Shown: positions 59,425 to 64,000 of the stretch, piece by piece | Layout: every line of letters starts with the position of its first letter | Numbering within the stretch: the stretch's first letter is position 1 | NCBI RefSeq assembly: GCF_947568905.1 | Contig: NC_079172.1 | Span: 31,682,001 to 31,746,000, forward strand | DNA length: 64,000 nucleotides | Reading direction: 5' to 3' | Source of the DNA: Ostrea edulis | Taxonomy: Eukaryota | The notes under the pieces: generated by a model | The model's input: only the letters and a program-made list of their open reading frames with translations | Told to the model about the DNA's origin: nothing | Database searches by the model: none | Program-made: the position numbers and the translations under genes

Positions 59425-59530
59425 AGGAACTGTCACTGCATAACGACTAGTAAGGTCTGTCGCGGCCGGGATTCGAACCCCGGCCTTCCGCATGCGGGGC
59501 GAACGCACTAACCTATCGGCCACCGCGGCG
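59425..59530 (-). mobile_element. tRNA-derived SINE head (3'-truncated)
   Basis: Minus strand CCGCGGTGGCCGATAGGTTAGTGCGTTCGCCCCGCATGCGGAAGGCCGGGGTTCGAATCCCGGCCGCGACAGAC has A and B boxes but no CCA-type acceptor end. Confidence 0.75.
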
Positions 59531-59545
59531 CACTAATTAACAAAA

Positions 59546-59875
59546 TACCGAGAGGTTGAAAGTTCGAGCCTCGTTCGTATCATGGCAGTGTCAAGCCTAA
59601 GACGTAAACATAGGTAAGTGATTGCTCTTTCACCAAACGCTCGACATTTAGAAATCAGAATCACGGGTCTTTCGGATTTGACCTTAAAAACAGATGTCCC
59701 GTGTCGCGGCAGGCGTTGACACGTTAAAGACTTTAAAGGTTCTAAGAACCCTCACTGTTACGGTCTAGAGCGCTAAGCATAGGTCTTAATTTGTGGTACT
59801 TCGCCTACAACTGGTGACATCTCAATATAAGTGAAAAAAATTCTCGACGGGACGTAAAACAAATAACCAAACAAC
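59546..59875 (+). mobile_element. tRNA-derived bivalve SINE (5'-clipped), same family as 24248-24575
   Basis: Shared core CCCGTGTCGCGGCAGGCGTTG..ACG.TAAAGA and tail CGACGGGACGTAAAACAAATAACCAAAC. Confidence 0.8.
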
Positions 59876-59879
59876 GCTT

Positions 59880-60076
59880 TGGAAAGGACGTAACCCTTCG
59901 TTTGAAGAATTGTAAACCCCCTGTACACAAGAATGCTCTAGCTATGATAAGTTTGGTTGAAATTAGTCTAGTGATTTGGGAAGGAAAAGTTTACAGACGG
60001 ACGGACAGACACGGAGAGGTTGGGCAACAGGTGATCAGAAAAGTTCACTTCAACTTATAGCTCAGGGGAGCTAAAA
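59880..60076 (-). mobile_element. Helentron/HINE fragment
   Basis: Minus strand TTTTAGCTCCCCTGAGCTATAAG..GTGAACTTTTCTGATCACCTG...(GTCC/GTCT)n..GTAAACTTTTC. Confidence 0.75.
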
Positions 60077-62628
60077 TTAACCTAAAAATGATGTCATTTG
60101 CAAACCAAATTGTCTTCTTTGAATTAAAACTAACGATCCGCAAAACGAACACACGAATCACAATTAACATACAAAGGAATGTACAAATGGACGGCGCTTA
60201 AACTGAATTCTAAAAAGGAAGATTGTGTTTGGTGGAAACCGCGAGATTTATAGTATGTTACTTTTGATTGCCATGCGCGGATCCAAAGGGAAGGAAGGGG
60301 CGGGCTCCATGACCTGTATCTTATTCCGTAACCCCGTACTCTCGGCGATTCGGTGGCTGAATAAACACCACCATCTTCGGTGCACTCATCAGTCATAATG
60401 TCAGTCAGCGTTTGTATGACTATGTTCAGTGCATTGAAGAATTGTAGCGTTTAACAACGGTGGAGGAAAACGAAGAGAAAAGAAAGGGAGGAGGGGGAGG
60501 GTAAAAAAAGAAGAAGACCGCACACAGAAAGTTAAACAATGCAGATGTTATCAAACTACAAAACGGAAATAAAGTGAAAACAATGAACGCAATATATTAC
60601 AATACAATACACAGTGTCAGGTAGTAAAGTATGTGTATCTGCCACAAGGAAAATATTTAACACGGGGAAATATTTATCTTGTTTATGGTTACTTTTTAAG
60701 ATGTTGCATCCAGACCAGAAGGTTGAAACGAGGAACTGATAGGTTTAGTTCACTTCTTCAATTAATAAAAATCGATTCGAAAAGGAGCCCCTGTCTATGA
60801 TGTACTAAAAAAAGAAGATAAAAACAATTCTTCCTTTCGCTTATTTGAAAGAAGGTACGTAAAATAAGGATCATTATATGATACCTAAGTCATTACACAC
60901 AGATCATCACAGATCATGTTTTTCTCAAAACAAGTATCAGCTTTGACAAATGTTATATTCACAGTTTACAGGAAGGGCACCGTTCAAATTCCGAATTTCC
61001 CCAATTTGGACAAAAATATGAAGGATATTTCGCTAAAGAAAATATAAAGCATACACCTACCTACCCCTCAAATTTTCAAAATACTCTTGTATATAAAGAG
61101 TGCAGAGTATAAAACAAGCAAGCACAATTTTATGAAAGTGCCGAATGTAATTCAGACACAGCTAGGAACATGATATTACATCCTCGCTCTCCCCCCCCCC
61201 CCAATAAATATAAGGAAAAAAATTAAAAAGAAAACATCTTATTCGAATAAGTTAAATGGGCTGTCATTTGGCTCCAAAAATTGGATTCAATGAAAATTGC
61301 TCTATATCATCTATTTCAGTAATAACACCAGTATTTAATGATTTCAAACACCCTTTTCACCTCAAATTAGGCATGTAATTTTGGTGATTAAATAATTATT
61401 GTCTTGCAATCCACTAACAGCGGTTATCTAACATAGTTTAAAAAGGTTTCTCTTGTTGTTGTTTTTTTTTGTACAAAATAAATGTTTTTATTAGTCATTT
61501 CTATACATGTATATTCCTATGTCATTGAGAGATTTGGAGAGAAAAAAAATCGTTGCCATCACTTTCACTTTAAATCTAGACAAAAATAAATTAAACCCAC
61601 GCGAATAATCACGAGTGTGTGCTGTGTTGTAATGGTAGGAAAAATCATCTAAACCGACCGCAAAGTGTGCACCTTTCCGTAATTAGATCAAAGTATACAC
61701 CTTTCGGTAATCAGATCAAGTTGTACAAGGCAGACGCTGGTAATTTCACCGAATAATTCAATATGGCCGAAAAATGCTGGTGGAAAATTTATTGATTTTT
61801 GTCTCCTTATTTTGTTAGCTATTGTATGTACATAGTCATTGTCAAGAGTTTAAAATATATTTTAAAGAATAAATGAAAACGATTGATATTTCATACAATC
61901 AACAAAACCAAGTTCGTCTCCCCCCCCCCTAAAAAAATCAGCAAATATTTTGATAATTTTGCAGATGTATGTAGATATTTACAAATGCACTAAAATACAT
62001 TTTTGTAAAAAAAAACAAACAAAAAACAAAAAAAACACAAAAAAACAAACAAAAAAAACAACAAAAAACCCCACCTTAAATGGTAGTTATTATTTATTCT
62101 GTACTTTATTTGCATTAACGTCCTTAATTCCTCAGTGGTGATCTTCTCAGCTGCTGAACGTCCATATTGAATGTACTACGCTAAAACACGTTGACACCAT
62201 ATCGCACGTGATTATAGGATGTAAAGCGCCTACACCGAGTGTATAACGGTGAAGACAATTCATGCACACCGACTCTAGACATATCAAAATGTACACAAAC
62301 ATACCGTCAAGTTTCTTTGTTCAATCAAACCAACAATACGTGGTACATGAGGTCAAGTACATGTGATACATTCCAATGGGAAAGAGAGACACAAACAAAA
62401 GCAAGATTTAAGTATATTTTCAGAATTATGTAACGATTATGCTAGAGACACATAATTTTACTACCATTATTCTAGATATATATGTTGATTTTTCTTTTTT
62501 CTAGCTGTTTTTTTCTATGGAATGTATACTCCAGGGCCATTAGCCCCCACTACCTACTTTAGTACACCTTCCTTGTGTACCGATCCTTGATTTGCTGACA
62601 GGGCAGATATCGAAGAAAGTTAAAGCTA

Positions 62629-63599
62629 TATTGAGCGCCAAATTAACAAACTCAAATAATTGAAGATATCTTCAATTATTTGAAGATATCATCAATTCAA
62701 TTATTGCTCTCTTTAAATGAATTAATGCGCACATTAAATCAATTATTGCTCTCATCAAATGAATTAATGCGCGCTTCAATTCAATTATTGCTCTCATCAA
62801 TTGAGTTAATGCGTGCATCAATTGTATTAATGAGAGCAATAATTGATTTAATGCGCGCATTAATTCAATTATTGCTCTCTTCAATTCATTTGATGAGAGC
62901 ATCAATTTAGTAGAAATATTGCTCGCAATAATTAATTTAGAGCTCGGTATAAATAATTTGATGATCTCTTTAATTCAATTGAAGATATCTTTAAATCATT
63001 TACAATGCTTTTATATAAGGAATTAATGTGCGCATCAATTCTTTTAAAGAGAGCAACAATTCAATTAAAGATATCATTAATTCAATTGTGGATATGTTGA
63101 ATTGAAGATATCTTTAATTATATAGTTGCTCTCTTTAAAAGAATTATTGCTCTCTTCAAATGAATTAAAGATACCATTAATTCAATTGGAGAGAGCAATA
63201 ATTGAATTAATGCGCGCATTAAATCAATTATCGCTCTCATCAAATGAATTAATGCGCGCATCAATTCAATTATTGCTCTCATCAATTGATTTAATGCGCG
63301 CATAATATCAATTATTGCTCTCTTCAATTGAATTGTAGTGCGCATCAATTCAATTGTTGATACCATTAATTCATTTGAAGAGATCATTAATTCAATTAAA
63401 ACGCGCATCAAATCAGCTGAAGAATCAATGCTCTCATCAATTCAATTAATGCGCGCAATAATTCAGAATTGAAGATATCATTAATTATTTGAAGAGATCT
63501 TTAATTAAATTGTTGCGCGCATCAAATAAATTGATGATATCTTCAAATAATTGAAGATATCTTCAATTATTTGAGTTTATGTTAATTTGGCGCTCCATA
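62629..63599. mobile_element. Non-autonomous TIR element (IS3EU-like termini) filled with degenerate ~21-bp repeats
   Basis: Ends TATTGAGCGCCAAATTAAC / GTTAATTTGGCGCTCCATA; 6-bp direct repeat AAGCTA at 62623-62628 and 63600-63605. Fragments of the same family occur at ~25385-25465 and ~27355-27448. Confidence 0.75.
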
Positions 63600-64000
63600 A
63601 AGCTAACTGTTTTTGATGTAGTAATACATATCTAAATTGTATATCTGCATAAAACCATAAAAATTTCAAGCATTTGATTAAAAACAATTATTTAAGAAAA
63701 ACACCTTTCACTTGTTGCAAACAAACACCAATTCCAAATCTGAGTGGGAACTTTGAAGAGCTGGTTAATATCTTTTTAACATTTGAACATCAAATTTACA
63801 AGTCCCTTATCATTCAAAATTTGTACTGATTACAACCAAACTAATTCAATATATATATTCCCAAGCATAATTTTTTTTTTCAATTTTTTTAAAATTCAAT
63901 TTATTTTACATACATGTAGTATCCCTACAATAGTTAGTATAGCACTCTTACCGTTAGTAACACAGATAAACAAAACTAGCAGAACAGGCACTATCCATTT

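Noticed and set aside
59460-59530. Possible tRNA gene (also at 24248)
   Set aside because: A and B boxes are present but run into SINE body sequence with no proper acceptor stem; these are SINE heads.
60130-60400. Candidate first exon for paralogue copy 2 (CT-rich leader then ATG)
   Set aside because: No frame gives a hydrophobic signal peptide, and I could not identify a convincing phase-1 donor.
62672-63411. Leu/Met/Ile-rich ORFs resembling coiled coils or leucine zippers
   Set aside because: Translation artefacts of the ~21-bp internal repeats of a non-autonomous TIR element.

Overview
Eukaryotic, AT-rich genomic window, most likely from an oyster (Crassostrea/Magallana-like). That assignment is inferred from Cg170-like Helentron repeats and bivalve-type tRNA SINEs. 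Two convergent paralogues of a small Cys-rich single-pass membrane protein gene (406-1526 +, 55474-58781 -) bracket about 54 kb. About 44 kb of that is two giant DNA elements lying only 748 bp apart. (1) A 23.5-kb Foldback/MULE-type transposon (8957-32462) with an exact 9-bp TSD (TAGTTGTTA). Its 3.1-kb and 3.9-kb terminal inverted repeats are built from 172/180-bp satellite monomers. It carries an intact 1934-codon ORF that fuses PHD, BAG, NOF-like MULE transposase, USP deubiquitinase, a dead USP-like copy and a Ulp1/SENP protease. (2) A 20.6-kb Maverick/Polinton (33211-53819; AGTAGT...ACTACT ends, 6-bp TSD TACGTC) with pPolB (one intron), ATPase, protease (one premature stop), major and minor capsid proteins and integrase. 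It also has an accessory host-manipulation set: a GADD34/ICP34.5/DP71L-like PP1 adaptor, a CARD-PC4-PC4 fusion, a TM-PC4 protein, a 6-exon type-I membrane glycoprotein with a triplicated mucin-like exon, and a 4-exon RVxF protein. The remainder is SINEs, LINE relics, small TIR elements and minisatellites. All calls were made by eye from the sequence and ORF track; no database searches were run, and boundaries marked ~ are approximate.
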